Shown: positions 9,016 to 17,495, counted from the stretch's first letter. The stretch: 42,793 nt of DNA from a virus (IMGVR_UViG_2667527787_000008), one strand, 5' to 3'. Notes: a model not told the origin generated them from the sequence alone. A program made the numbers and translations.

Positions 9016-9867
9016 ATGGCTGAACTGGAGAAAGGCTATTTGCGCCTGGCCAACCAGATTCAGGATGCCCTGTGTATCGTCGAACTATCCGGGCGCGAGT
9101 TCCGGGTGCTGAATGCTATCGTTCGTCTGACCTATGGCTGGTCTAAGAGTTCTGACCGCATCGCCAATAGCCTCATTGCAGATAAAACGACGCTGAAGGT
9201 GAAACACGTCTCTGAAGCCGTGTTGAGCCTTGCCTATCGGAACATCATCATCCTGCGCCGCATTGGGCAAACCAGATACATAGGGATTAATACCAGCCTG
9301 GATAAATGGGCGTATACCAAGCCAAATTGCATGAAGTGTCCAGCGGTGTTTCCTGCTGCTGAAGTTGTCACATGGGTTATTACCATCCCTGAATTCAGGG
9401 ATAGCAATTTTACCCCTTCAATCATCCCTGAAAACGGGGATAACCATCCCCAAAAACAGGGAGAGGTATCCCTGAAAACAGGGAACACCAAAGACATTCT
9501 TCCAAATACAAATATAAATACAGATCTAACCCCCTCTAATCCCCCAAAGGGGAAGGGTAAGTTTGACCCGCTGACGATTCCCGTTCCTGAGTGGCTTGAT
9601 TCTGTGTCCTGGAGTGAGTGGGTGGCCTACCGCCAACAGTCTGGCAAAGCCATCAAGACCGAAATGACGGTCACCAAAGCATTCAAGTTGCTCAAGGCTT
9701 GCCTGGACGCTGGGCATGACCCCGTTGATGTGATCAACACCAGTATCGCCAACGGGTACCAGGGACTGTTTAAACCGAAGTTCGCTCTCAACGCTCGCAA
9801 AACGGGCAGGGATGTGAACCGCATTTCTGAGCCAGACAAAACAATCCCACCCGGATTCAGGGGGTAA
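9016..9867 (+). CDS. Replication initiator, lambda O-like (replisome organiser)
   Basis: N-terminal motif LANQIQDALCIVELSGREFRVLNAIVRLTYGWSK typical of the phage O N-terminal domain; iterons inside the coding region; start at 9016 chosen for the AGGAGA ribosome-binding site (track ORF opens at 8923). Confidence 0.7.
   Translation: MAELEKGYLRLANQIQDALCIVELSGREFRVLNAIVRLTYGWSKSSDRIANSLIADKTTLKVKHVSEAVLSLAYRNIIILRRIGQTRYIGINTSLDKWAYTKPNCMKCPAVFPAAEVVTWVITIPEFRDSNFTPSIIPENGDNHPQKQGEVSLKTGNTKDILPNTNINTDLTPSNPPKGKGKFDPLTIPVPEWLDSVSWSEWVAYRQQSGKAIKTEMTVTKAFKLLKACLDAGHDPVDVINTSIANGYQGLFKPKFALNARKTGRDVNRISEPDKTIPPGFRG
9385..9484. repeat. Origin of replication iterons (four 17-18 bp palindromic repeats) inside the O-like gene
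   Basis: ATCCCTGAATTCAGGGAT, ATCCCTGAAAACGGGGAT, ATCCCCAAAAACAGGGAG, ATCCCTGAAAACAGGGA spaced 39/22/22 bp, followed by an AT-rich stretch at about 9490-9530; resembles ori-lambda. Confidence 0.6.
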
Positions 9868-9869
9868 GC

Positions 9870-10208
9870 ATGCCAAGACCAAATACACCAGAAGAGCAGG
9901 CGGCACTTATCCGGGTGATCATCGAAGAGGTGAAAATCCGTGGACGCTTAACCGTTAGCGAGGCATCACAGATGTTGTCGCTGCATCGTCAGACTGCTGA
10001 GAAGTATTTCCGCGTAGCAGCCGAACGCGGCGAACTCATTCGTTACGGTCGTCTAGATTTGTTCAGGGACCCAAAGGCTGTAATTGATTTCGATCTCCAA
10101 CGATTCTCATACGGTTCGAGTAAGCCTCTGATTGAGTTACCAGCAGATTTTCGGGGAAGTGCGGTTATGCGTCGGGTTATAGATATCGTGGGGAGGATGC
10201 CAGCATGA
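9870..10208 (+). CDS. Hypothetical small HTH-like protein in the replication-partner position
   Basis: 112 aa ORF immediately after the O-like gene; possible HTH LTVSEASQMLSLHRQTAEKYF; no helicase-loader motifs. Confidence 0.4.
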   Translation: MPRPNTPEEQAALIRVIIEEVKIRGRLTVSEASQMLSLHRQTAEKYFRVAAERGELIRYGRLDLFRDPKAVIDFDLQRFSYGSSKPLIELPADFRGSAVMRRVIDIVGRMPA

Positions 10209-10399
10209 CAACCGAAAAACTGGCGTTGAATTATGACCCAGCCGATCCCGACAAGATGCGATTACCGGCTGGCATAACATGTGGTAATTGCCACCATATC
10301 CATCGTTGTAAAGCAATTTTTGGACACACGGAGTCGAACACATATTGCGATTGGTCACCGTCGCGATTTACTGCTGGCATTGGCGTGAAGGGGGTGTGA
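10205..10399 (+). CDS. Hypothetical Cys-rich small protein
   Basis: 64 aa, start overlaps the upstream stop; CGNCHHIHRC...C pattern. Confidence 0.35.
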   Translation: MTTEKLALNYDPADPDKMRLPAGITCGNCHHIHRCKAIFGHTESNTYCDWSPSRFTAGIGVKGV

Positions 10400-10403
10400 G
10401 TCA

Positions 10404-10604
10404 GTGGAAAAATGTAATCGCTGTATAGTCGGCCTGATTGGGTCGCAGCCAGTTCTTTCCAGTGACTGGGCTAATGCGGTCGTAAATTTTGAAATCGTAA
10501 TTGCTGACTGGAACGAGAAAACCAAACGCTTTGCCGTTCCGCATCCTGGATTCGCCCATAAGTTCAATTACTGCCCGCATTGCGGAAACAAGGTAGAGGA
10601 CTAA
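10404..10604 (+). CDS. Hypothetical zinc-ribbon small protein
   Basis: 66 aa, GTG start; CNRC ... CPHC pairs. Confidence 0.35.
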   Translation: MEKCNRCIVGLIGSQPVLSSDWANAVVNFEIVIADWNEKTKRFAVPHPGFAHKFNYCPHCGNKVED

Positions 10605-10607
10605 CCC

Positions 10608-11165
10608 ATGACAACTAACAACCACCCGGCGCACGGTCCTGTATCACTTGATCGCTTGCACCAGATACGCGAAATACTCAGCAAAGCAGCAGCACAAAGC
10701 GACGGCGGTAATCTCGGCTACGCAATGGCTGATGCAGTGAAGGTGATTGATGGGGTTCTGGAGTCGATAGCCCGTGAGCAGGTACGCTGTGAACATGCAG
10801 CATGGTCAGATGAAACATTCGGCGATGTCGGTCCAGTTGGTCCGCTGAAGCACCTTTCCAAAGAAGCTATCGAGGCTGCTGCGGAACCAGACGAGATGAG
10901 CGAATGGGCTGACATGCAATTCCTGTTATGGGATGCGCAACGTCGTGCCGGTATCAGTGATAAGCAGATTACCCTGGCGATGGTAGAAAAGCTGGCGGTT
11001 AACAAAAACCGCCAGTGGCCAGAGCCGAAAGACGGTGAACCGCGACTGCATATCAAAGCGCAGTCAGAATCGGTGCTTCCTGGAATTGAATGCGATATCT
11101 GCGGACATGTATCTACTGACCCAGAGGGACGGCACTACTACTGCGAGGATAACAGTAATGATTGA
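10608..11165 (+). CDS. DUF550-like protein (dATP/dGTP pyrophosphohydrolase-type domain) with C-terminal Cys cluster
   Basis: 185 aa; motif HLSKEAIEAAAEPDEMSEWADMQFLLWDAQRRAGIS...NKNRQWPEP resembles the DUF550 nucleotide pyrophosphohydrolase domain common in prophage nin regions. Confidence 0.5.
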   Translation: MTTNNHPAHGPVSLDRLHQIREILSKAAAQSDGGNLGYAMADAVKVIDGVLESIAREQVRCEHAAWSDETFGDVGPVGPLKHLSKEAIEAAAEPDEMSEWADMQFLLWDAQRRAGISDKQITLAMVEKLAVNKNRQWPEPKDGEPRLHIKAQSESVLPGIECDICGHVSTDPEGRHYYCEDNSND

Positions 11166-11337
11166 TAAATACCGTTTGGAGAATATGCGACGCGAAAGCG
11201 GCGAAAAGGGAGAACTCGGGACATGCCGTTTGAAGGTGACATGCATAATGCCCTAGTCGATGCGAAACATCAGGCTATGTATGTCTCAGCCATCTGGAAG
11301 CTGCTAATCATCACCCCAGATAACAGCGAGGCATAAC

Positions 11338-11539
11338 ATGACTGAGCAACCTGATGATCTCCTCACTCCGGGCGAGGTATGCCAGAAGCTGGGAATTACG
11401 CAAAAAACATTATGTAAATGGAATACAGAACACCGACACCGGTCTACATTGGCCCCGTGTAAAGTTCAGCGCTAAGATTGTTCGCTATGAGCGCCGTAGC
11501 ATAGAAGCTTTTATCCAGAAATGCCGGAGCCAATATTGA
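11338..11539 (+). pseudogene. AlpA-like HTH regulator split by an apparent +1 frameshift (pseudogene or sequencing error)
   Basis: Frame 1 from ATG about 11338: MTEQPDDLLTPGEVCQKLGITQKTLCKW... stops at about 11475; frame 2 (track ORF 11354..11539) carries the matching C-terminus GLHWPRVKFSAKIVRYERRSIEAFI. Confidence 0.35.
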
Positions 11540-11579
11540 TCTAATGTGGGGCTATTGTTTTTTAACAAATGCCCCTCAT

Positions 11580-11960
11580 TTAACTTTTTTGTGTGTTAAG
11601 TCCAATTCTGACTCCACACATAAAATCACCAATACCTGCGCCAACACTGTTCCCATCAGCAACATAATCACCTTTGAAAGCTAATTTCCCATCCATATAG
11701 AAGAATCTTATCTCCCCATATCCACTATCACAGTCGGCATCTTTAATACTAACTTTGTAGTACTCTACTTTTTTATTTTTTGTTTGATACATGAACAAGG
11801 CAGATGAATCACCTTTTACATTTCTAAATGTGCCTTTTTTTGCTGAAAAAATGCCATCATCAGCTGTAGTAACCTCAACCCAGTTACTTGTCGTTTCAGC
11901 AAAAGCAACACTTGCAACAAAAAGAGCAGAAAAGCCCAGTAATGCGATTTTCTTAGCCAT
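11580..11960 (-). CDS. Secreted (Sec signal peptide) small protein, low-GC moron
   Basis: ATG at 11960; signal peptide MAKKIALLGFSALFVASVAFA then mature domain of about 105 aa with 2 Cys; AT-rich codon usage. Confidence 0.55.
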   Translation of the reverse strand: MAKKIALLGFSALFVASVAFAETTSNWVEVTTADDGIFSAKKGTFRNVKGDSSALFMYQTKNKKVEYYKVSIKDADCDSGYGEIRFFYMDGKLAFKGDYVADGNSVGAGIGDFMCGVRIGLNTQKS

Positions 11961-12090
11961 AAACAATATTCCATTTATTTAGGATTTTTCTTGATTCTAT
12001 CTGTGTTTTAAATAACGTTCAACTACACACCGCATGCCTTCTTAAATGGGCATGGAGAGCCATTCAACCCCGTAGCTTTAGCAACGCAAC

Positions 12091-12273
12091 TTGCGCGAGA
12101 ATGTTCCGCTTTTAAGTCGCAGCGAGACAAGACTCATGAGTAACATAAAGTTAACCCGCTACGTCGGTTTTTCACTCTCTATTGTATATGCTATTTTTTA
12201 TGCAATAAGAGCGATTCGTAGGACTCTTCTGGGGAAGGTATGGATTCAACAATCGACGAAGAAAAACGCATAG
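12091..12273 (+). CDS. Possible small hydrophobic peptide ORF
   Basis: Internal ATG at about 12136 gives a 45 aa peptide with one predicted TM helix (YVGFSLSIVYAIFYAI); weak ribosome-binding site. Confidence 0.2.
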   Translation: MRENVPLLSRSETRLMSNIKLTRYVGFSLSIVYAIFYAIRAIRRTLLGKVWIQQSTKKNA

Positions 12274-12437
12274 AATTTGAAAAATTCATCATTGAAAGGT
12301 TTGGTGATGCAGTTAATCTCCGCAGAGCGAAAAATGGCGGTAATGGATATATATCATGGGAGGCGGCTGTCGCATGGATTGTCTGGAGGGAGCGCTCATC
12401 CCATCATGAAGCAACGCCTACCTCTGACGGGAACTGA
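12240..12437 (+). CDS. Hypothetical small protein, low-GC island
   Basis: 65 aa ORF MDSTIDEEKRIEFEKFIIERFGDAVNLRR..., protein-like composition. Confidence 0.3.
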   Translation: MDSTIDEEKRIEFEKFIIERFGDAVNLRRAKNGGNGYISWEAAVAWIVWRERSSHHEATPTSDGN

Positions 12438-12621
12438 ATTAGTATGGTGCTGCCCGGAGCATCCTGTCATTCACTATGTACTCCCGCTTAGCCACGTCAT
12501 TTTAGATTTGATTTTGGTCCACCATGAGCGAGAAGCGGACCTAGAGAGGCGTTGGTACCGCGAACATGGTCACAGCAAAGCCAGAGCTATTTGGTTGCTC
12601 CGAACAGAATATTTTAGTTAG
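12409..12621 (+). CDS. Hypothetical small protein (overlaps the previous ORF in another frame; possible frameshifted single gene)
   Basis: ATG at about 12409 within track ORF 12277..12621; MKQRLPLTGTELVWCCPEHPV... Confidence 0.2.
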   Translation, partial: KQRLPLTGTELVWCCPEHPVIHYVLPLSHVILDLILVHHEREADLERRWYREHGHSKARAIWLLRTEYFS

Positions 12622-12660
12622 GGCTCGGAACGAGACTGTCGTGAAAACCTTATGTCTCTT

Positions 12661-13224
12661 CTATCCTGCATCTTCTTCGACATTGTATTTTCGTTGCTCA
12701 ATATCCCATGGAAGCGCAGGTTGTTTGCGAACTAGTTTTCTTTTGCCGTTTGAGAAAAAATAAGTTCTGAGTTCTAAAAAATGGCGGCGTTTTTTCGTTT
12801 GAGGCTCATAGGTGATAAGAAAAAAAATCAAAGGCCTGCTTGCTTCACTCCATATTCTACTTGCTTTTTCAATAACAATATTGATGTTTTCATGCTGACA
12901 ATATGAGATGAATGTGGAGAAATAGCACTTGTCGTTTTTTTCAAGCAGTTTGTCTAACTCGTTAACGCTATCTCTGTCTGCCTGATTATACTCCCACTCA
13001 ACATAGGTTAAAATTTGATTGTCTGGATATTGTAGGACCGCATCGGTACGCCCGCCTTGTTCAAAAAATGTTCTTGCGCCCATTAACTTTGCACACTCGC
13101 GCATGACCAGGCCAACATGAATGGTCCAGTTGGAACGGTTGATATATTCACCTTTGAACACAGGGAAATCTTGATACCACACACAATTAAACAGACAGAT
13201 AAAATCGCGCTCTACTCGCTTCAA
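12661..13224 (-). CDS. Hypothetical 187 aa protein, low-GC moron (TTG start; internal ATG alternative)
   Basis: Long ORF in an AT-rich island between the replication/nin genes and dinI-like gene; no recognisable family. Confidence 0.4.
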   Translation of the reverse strand: MKRVERDFICLFNCVWYQDFPVFKGEYINRSNWTIHVGLVMRECAKLMGARTFFEQGGRTDAVLQYPDNQILTYVEWEYNQADRDSVNELDKLLEKNDKCYFSTFISYCQHENINIVIEKASRIWSEASRPLIFFLITYEPQTKKRRHFLELRTYFFSNGKRKLVRKQPALPWDIEQRKYNVEEDAG

Positions 13225-13456
13225 CGCCTCCCCCCCATTTTTTCAATAGATGATTTTTAAACTGATAAGCAATATCTCATATCGGCTATTTGTTACTAGA
13301 CTTTAGGATTTTAATATCTGTGTTCCGATTAATGTGCTTCAGGTTGTTAATTCGGATTGATTTCACCTCTTATCACTTATCCATAGCTGATTTATCTACC
13401 ATGAAGTGAACAAAGCCCACTCACAGCACTAACCACTCCTTTGCTGATTGAAAAAG

Positions 13457-13570
13457 ATGAATGCAAGTTGGATAACGCTTTGCCTCATGGTCATACAGGT
13501 GCTCATTGATGATGCGATACAGAGGGCGAATCTCTCGGGATTGTGCCGGCAGAAAGAAATTGCCGCTTAA
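13457..13570 (+). CDS. Candidate small membrane peptide (37 aa)
   Basis: Hand-translated MNASWITLCLMVIQVLIDDAIQRANLSGLCRQKEIAA with one hydrophobic helix; intrinsic terminator 17 nt downstream. Confidence 0.3.
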   Translation: MNASWITLCLMVIQVLIDDAIQRANLSGLCRQKEIAA

Positions 13571-13586
13571 TATAACACTGCTAATT

Positions 13587-13612
13587 CAACCCGCTACGGC
13601 GGGTTTTCTTTT
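13587..13612 (+). terminator. Rho-independent terminator
   Basis: Hairpin AACCCGC-TACG-GCGGGTT followed by TTTCTTTTTTT. Confidence 0.5.
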
Positions 13613-13677
13613 TTTACAACTGACAGAAAATTAACAATTTGTGCTCTTAAAACGTTGATCATTTCCGCGCATAGGTA

Positions 13678-13697
13678 TACTGTATAAAAACACAGTA
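13678..13697. promoter_or_regulatory. LexA (SOS) box upstream of the DinI-like gene
   Basis: TACTGTATAAAAACACAGTA matches the CTGT-N8-ACAG consensus, about 20 nt upstream of the start. Confidence 0.6.
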
Positions 13698-13715
13698 CAT
13701 GCAATGGGGGCCATT

Positions 13716-13949
13716 ATGAAAGTTGAATTAACCATTGATCGCATGAAAGAACTTCCTAAAGGCGCAGTACCAGCACTGGAGAAAGAACTGCTTAAGCGCC
13801 TGAATGATCACTATGACAATTGCAGGCTCACAATCCGCCGTGCCGGGGCCGATGGGTTAAGTGTTTTTGGTGGTGACAAGGACGATAAAAAGAAAATTGA
13901 ATCAATCCTCCAGGATACCTGGGAAAGCGCTGACGACTGGTTTTATTAG
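13716..13949 (+). CDS. dinI: DinI-like DNA-damage-inducible protein
   Basis: MKVELTIDRMKELPKGAVPALEKEL...LSVFGGDKDDKKKIESILQDTWESADDWFY aligns along its length with E. coli DinI; LexA box upstream. Confidence 0.75.
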   Translation: MKVELTIDRMKELPKGAVPALEKELLKRLNDHYDNCRLTIRRAGADGLSVFGGDKDDKKKIESILQDTWESADDWFY

Positions 13950-14066
13950 AATTGCGCTTAAGGCTGGCGCGCATTTTTCAGAATACCGCAATTTGCGTAA
14001 CCCTCTGATGCTGCTGCCGACAATCTTTAATCGCGTCTGTTAGTCGCTCGAAGGGAGAACATAAAT

Positions 14067-14315
14067 GTGAGTGATTCAGCTTTGCAAACGTCAGAAGACA
14101 ACTGGTATGACATTGTAAGAAGGTCTGACGGCTGCGTGGTGTTTAGCTTTCCTTCATCGGGCAGGCATCTAATTTATCGCGTCAATGGCATGGTTTCTAT
14201 GCGGCCTTTGCTGGATGATGAAGAGGTCTTTACTCCTAATGGTTTTATGCAGTTTATTAACCGTCTCGGCTACCGGGTAACCCAACCTTCTGATAATATG
14301 AAATCAACGGTCTGA
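14067..14315 (+). CDS. Hypothetical nin-region protein
   Basis: 82 aa ORF, GTG start with GGGAGA ribosome-binding site. Confidence 0.35.
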   Translation: MSDSALQTSEDNWYDIVRRSDGCVVFSFPSSGRHLIYRVNGMVSMRPLLDDEEVFTPNGFMQFINRLGYRVTQPSDNMKSTV

Positions 14316-14349
14316 ACAACCGTAACCTACTGCGCCACGGAGAGAAACC

Positions 14350-14949
14350 ATGGCGCACGAACTACAACTCATCAAGCAGTCATCAGGAATCCTGATCCCC
14401 GCGACGCCGGAGACCAGCGATATTCTGCAATCAAAAATCAAACTCGGCGCCGTGCTGGTAGCCGACTTCAAACAGGTCCGCAATCCGGCTTTCCACCGCC
14501 GCTTCTTCGCGCTTTTAAACCTCGGGTTCGAATACTGGGAGCCAACCGGCGGGGCGATCTCTTCCAACGAACGCAAGCTGGTGACCGGCTATGCCAGATT
14601 TCTGGCCTCCTACGGCGGGAACGAAGGGGCGCTGCTGGATGCCGCTGAGCAATATCTCGAGCGCATCGCTGATAAGCGCACGGGCAGCATCAGCGCCTGC
14701 AAGTCATTCGACGCCTACCGCGCCTGGGTAACCATCGAATCCGGCCACTACGACGCGATACAGCTGCCTGACGGCACCCTCCGCAAACACCCCCGCAGCA
14801 TCGCCTTCGCCAATATGGACGAAACCGAGTTCCAGCAACTCTACAGGGCCGCACTCGATGTTCTGTGGCGTTGGATCCTGTCCAGGGCATTCAAGAGCCG
14901 TAGCGACGCGGATAATGCCGCTGCGCAGCTCATGAGCTTCGTGGGGTGA
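14350..14949 (+). CDS. Hypothetical nin-region protein (199 aa)
   Basis: ORF with good coding character; position corresponds to ybcN/ninB-type genes of DLP12-like prophages; family not confirmed. Confidence 0.5.
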   Translation: MAHELQLIKQSSGILIPATPETSDILQSKIKLGAVLVADFKQVRNPAFHRRFFALLNLGFEYWEPTGGAISSNERKLVTGYARFLASYGGNEGALLDAAEQYLERIADKRTGSISACKSFDAYRAWVTIESGHYDAIQLPDGTLRKHPRSIAFANMDETEFQQLYRAALDVLWRWILSRAFKSRSDADNAAAQLMSFVG

Positions 14950-15155
14950 TGCCGATGAAAGAAACATGGTTCCAGCACACCGAGTGCACCACGCAGCAGG
15001 CCGACGAGCTCATGGCGGAATACCGGCGCCGCGGCGTGAAGGTAGAGCGAAGCCTGAATCCCGATTACGTCACCTGGACCGTCAGCGCCCGGCTGCCGGA
15101 GGCGCACCGGCAGGAACGTACGCCGCGGTCACTCCGTCAGAAGGTCTGGGGGTGA
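14946..15155 (+). CDS. Hypothetical small nin-region protein
   Basis: 69 aa ORF whose start overlaps the previous stop. Confidence 0.3.
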   Translation: MMPMKETWFQHTECTTQQADELMAEYRRRGVKVERSLNPDYVTWTVSARLPEAHRQERTPRSLRQKVWG

Positions 15156-15157
15156 GC

Positions 15158-15448
15158 ATGGCGGATTTACGCAAAGCTGCGCGCGGTCGCGAATGTCAGG
15201 TTCGGATCCCCGGCGTGTGCAACGGCAACCCAGACACAAGCGTGCTGGCGCATATTCGCCTGGCCGGGCTGTGCGGTACCGGAATTAAGCCGCCTGATCT
15301 GATTGCCACCATTGCATGCAGCAGCTGTCACGACGAAATCGACCGCCGCACTCGCCTGGTCGACGCGGATTATGCAAAGGAGTGCGCGCTGGAGGGCATG
15401 GCCCGCACGCAGGTTATCTGGCTGAAAGAGGGGAAGGTGAAAGCGTGA
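15158..15448 (+). CDS. ybcO: YbcO-like Cys-rich nin-region protein (DUF1364-type)
   Basis: 96 aa [37 protein letters not shown]...[12 protein letters not shown]...; closely resembles DLP12 YbcO, located just upstream of rusA. Confidence 0.6.
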   Translation: MADLRKAARGRECQVRIPGVCNGNPDTSVLAHIRLAGLCGTGIKPPDLIATIACSSCHDEIDRRTRLVDADYAKECALEGMARTQVIWLKEGKVKA

Positions 15449-15807
15449 GCGAGTACAAAATCACATTGCCGTGGCCACCGAGTAATAACCGCTATTACCG
15501 ACACAATCGCGGGCGTACGCACATCAGCACGGAAGGGCAGGCTTACCGCGACCGCGTGGCCCAAATCATCAAAGACCAGCTGCTGGATATCGGCATCTCC
15601 GGCCCGGTGAAGATTCGCATCGAGTGCCATATGCCTGCCCGCCGCCGCCGTGACCTGGACAACCTGCAGAAGGCCGCGTTCGACGCGCTTACTAAGGCCG
15701 GATTCTGGCAGGACGATCAGCTGGTGGACGACTACCGCGTTATACGGATGCCCGTCGTCAGGGGCGGCAGGCTGGAGCTGACCATCACCGAACTGGGGGA
15801 CTTATGA
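15445..15807 (+). CDS. rusA: Holliday-junction resolvase RusA
   Basis: 120 aa from GTG; [33 protein letters not shown]...[26 protein letters not shown]...[12 protein letters not shown] is near-identical in pattern to E. coli RusA. Confidence 0.85.
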   Translation: MSEYKITLPWPPSNNRYYRHNRGRTHISTEGQAYRDRVAQIIKDQLLDIGISGPVKIRIECHMPARRRRDLDNLQKAAFDALTKAGFWQDDQLVDDYRVIRMPVVRGGRLELTITELGDL

Positions 15808-15944
15808 CATCAGAACTGATTGAGGTAATCCGCATGCGCTGGACACGCCTCCGCATTTATCGCCGCCCGGGTTCGGTGCTGGTGGACTACCGCATTCTTC
15901 GCAATTTTATTCGCATTAACCAGTTGGCAGGAGCTGCTGCATGA
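15804..15944 (+). CDS. ylcG: YlcG-like small protein (46 aa) nested between rusA and Q
   Basis: ATGA overlaps at both ends (rusA stop/start, stop/Q start); [46 protein letters not shown]; same position and size as DLP12 ylcG. Confidence 0.4.
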   Translation: MTSELIEVIRMRWTRLRIYRRPGSVLVDYRILRNFIRINQLAGAAA

Positions 15945-16771
15945 ACCTCGAAAACACCGTGAAATACCACTTCGCCAAATCGACGCTGATTAGCGACTCT
16001 CCGCGCGCTACGGCCTCCGACTCGCTGACCGGAACGGACATCATGGCAGCCATGGGCATGACCCAGGAACGCGCCGCCATGGGCTACAGTGCCTTTCTCG
16101 GAAAGATGGGCATCAGCAACAACGATCGGGAGAGAGCGATCGAGCTGCTGGCCCAGTATGCGCTGACAAAATGCGATAGCGTGGCTGCCCTGCGCAAACT
16201 GGACGCTGGGGTTAAACCGCTGGTGATGCGCCAGCTTGCTACCTTCGCTTTTGAGGACTATTCCCGCAGCGCCGCCAGCGTCAAGAGGTGCGAATGTTGC
16301 GCAGGGCAGGGGTTCATTGAGGCTGACGTTTTTAGTATGAAAACCAGCATCTCTGGCTGCGCAAAAGACATCATTCAAAAATCAAAAAAATGGGGGCTGA
16401 AGGTTATCCCTTCGCAGCATCAGAATCGGCGTGAGGTGAAAGAGGTGGCCCGGGTGCTGTGCTCGGCCTGCAAAGGGAAGAAGGTCGTCAGCTGCGCATG
16501 TAATGACTGCCAGGGGCGCGGAAAAGCTGTCAGCAAGACGCTGACAGAAAAGCAGGGCGCGCCGGTGATGGCCGACTGCAAGCGCTGCGGCGGGCGCGGG
16601 TATGAGCGGATCCCCTCGACTGAGGCATATGCGGCTGTTTGCCTTATTACCGACGCCATTACTCTGGACACCTGGAAAAAGTCAGTGAAGCCGTTTTACG
16701 ACCGGCTGATCACCAAATTCGACATGGAAGAAGCGTGGGCCGAATCGCAACTGCGAGCAATAACTCGATAA
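15941..16771 (+). CDS. Late-gene antiterminator Q (zinc-finger type)
   Basis: 276 aa with several CxxC pairs (CECCAGQG, CSACKG, CACNDCQGRG, CKRCGGRG); immediately upstream of the lysis cassette. Confidence 0.7.
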   Translation: MNLENTVKYHFAKSTLISDSPRATASDSLTGTDIMAAMGMTQERAAMGYSAFLGKMGISNNDRERAIELLAQYALTKCDSVAALRKLDAGVKPLVMRQLATFAFEDYSRSAASVKRCECCAGQGFIEADVFSMKTSISGCAKDIIQKSKKWGLKVIPSQHQNRREVKEVARVLCSACKGKKVVSCACNDCQGRGKAVSKTLTEKQGAPVMADCKRCGGRGYERIPSTEAYAAVCLITDAITLDTWKKSVKPFYDRLITKFDMEEAWAESQLRAITR

Positions 16772-16866
16772 AGCACCAATTAATCGCTGTCGATTTTATC
16801 GTGAGCTATTTACTTTTCCCGAATCTGTGTTAATTTCTCTCCAACGATGGGTTACTGCCTTCGTTT

Positions 16867-16905
16867 AAAGCCCTGCGGTTAACCCCGCGGGGCTTTGCCG
16901 TTTCT
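16867..16905 (+). terminator. Putative intrinsic terminator downstream of Q
   Basis: Hairpin GCCCUGCGG-UUAAC-CCGCGGGGC (one G-U pair) followed by a U-rich tract. Confidence 0.4.
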
Positions 16906-17151
16906 GGAGGGTATGAAAATGTAGAGTAGAACGGACACACCGTAGCCGAAAGGCAATGCAGCAGTCATGATGCTGCCCCGAGTCGCCATTGAGCGAGCCT
17001 GTGTAGTGACGGGTCAGGGTTCATAGATTAAAAATAGCTCCGGTAAAGCAGCGCGAAAGCCAGACGCGCACCGGTGATAAGCGGCGATGATGCGACAGCA
17101 GCTCAAGGGCATGAGCGTGGCCACTCCGGGAAGTGGCAAAGAATTTATAGA

Positions 17152-17180
17152 GGCTCGCATACGCGGGCCTTTTCTTTTTC
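17152..17180 (+). terminator. Putative tR-prime-like terminator upstream of the lysis genes
   Basis: Imperfect hairpin GGCTCGC-ATAC-GCGGGCC followed by TTTTCTTTTTC; the late promoter/qut site probably lies between the two terminators. Confidence 0.4.
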
Positions 17181-17279
17181 AGGCTCCGGGAAACCTCCTC
17201 AACAAGCCTTGTTGTTAATGCAGCCCGAGAGCCTGATCCCCATTACACATAGCACCCCGAAATAATCGGAGGTGAGAGC

Positions 17280-17495
17280 ATGTTACGCATGGAAAAACTA
17301 ACCACTGGCATCGCCTATGGTGCATCAGCGACTAACGCTGGTTACTGGAGCCTGCAGTTGCTTGACCAGGTGTCACCATCGCAGTGGGCAGCCATTGGTG
17401 TGCTTGGCAGCCTGGTGTTCGGGCTGCTGACGTATCTGACAAACCTGTATTTCAAAATCAAAGAGGACCGGCGCAAAGCCGCCAGGGGGGAATAG
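17280..17495 (+). CDS. Pinholin, phage-21 S-type holin with dual-start motif
   Basis: 71 aa [71 protein letters not shown]; Met1 and Met4 starts. Confidence 0.8.
   Translation: MLRMEKLTTGIAYGASATNAGYWSLQLLDQVSPSQWAAIGVLGSLVFGLLTYLTNLYFKIKEDRRKAARGE

Noticed and set aside
9381-9484. Possible CRISPR-like repeats
   Set aside because: Only four short palindromic repeats with 22 bp spacing inside a replication initiator gene; these are origin iterons, and no cas genes are present
15887-16378. 163 aa minus-strand ORF
   Set aside because: Antisense to the Q antiterminator gene, no ribosome-binding site; shadow ORF
16772-17279. 63 aa plus-strand ORF at 17074..17265 in the Q-to-holin intergenic region
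   Set aside because: Lies across the predicted late promoter/terminator region with no ribosome-binding site; the region is better explained as the late regulatory leader
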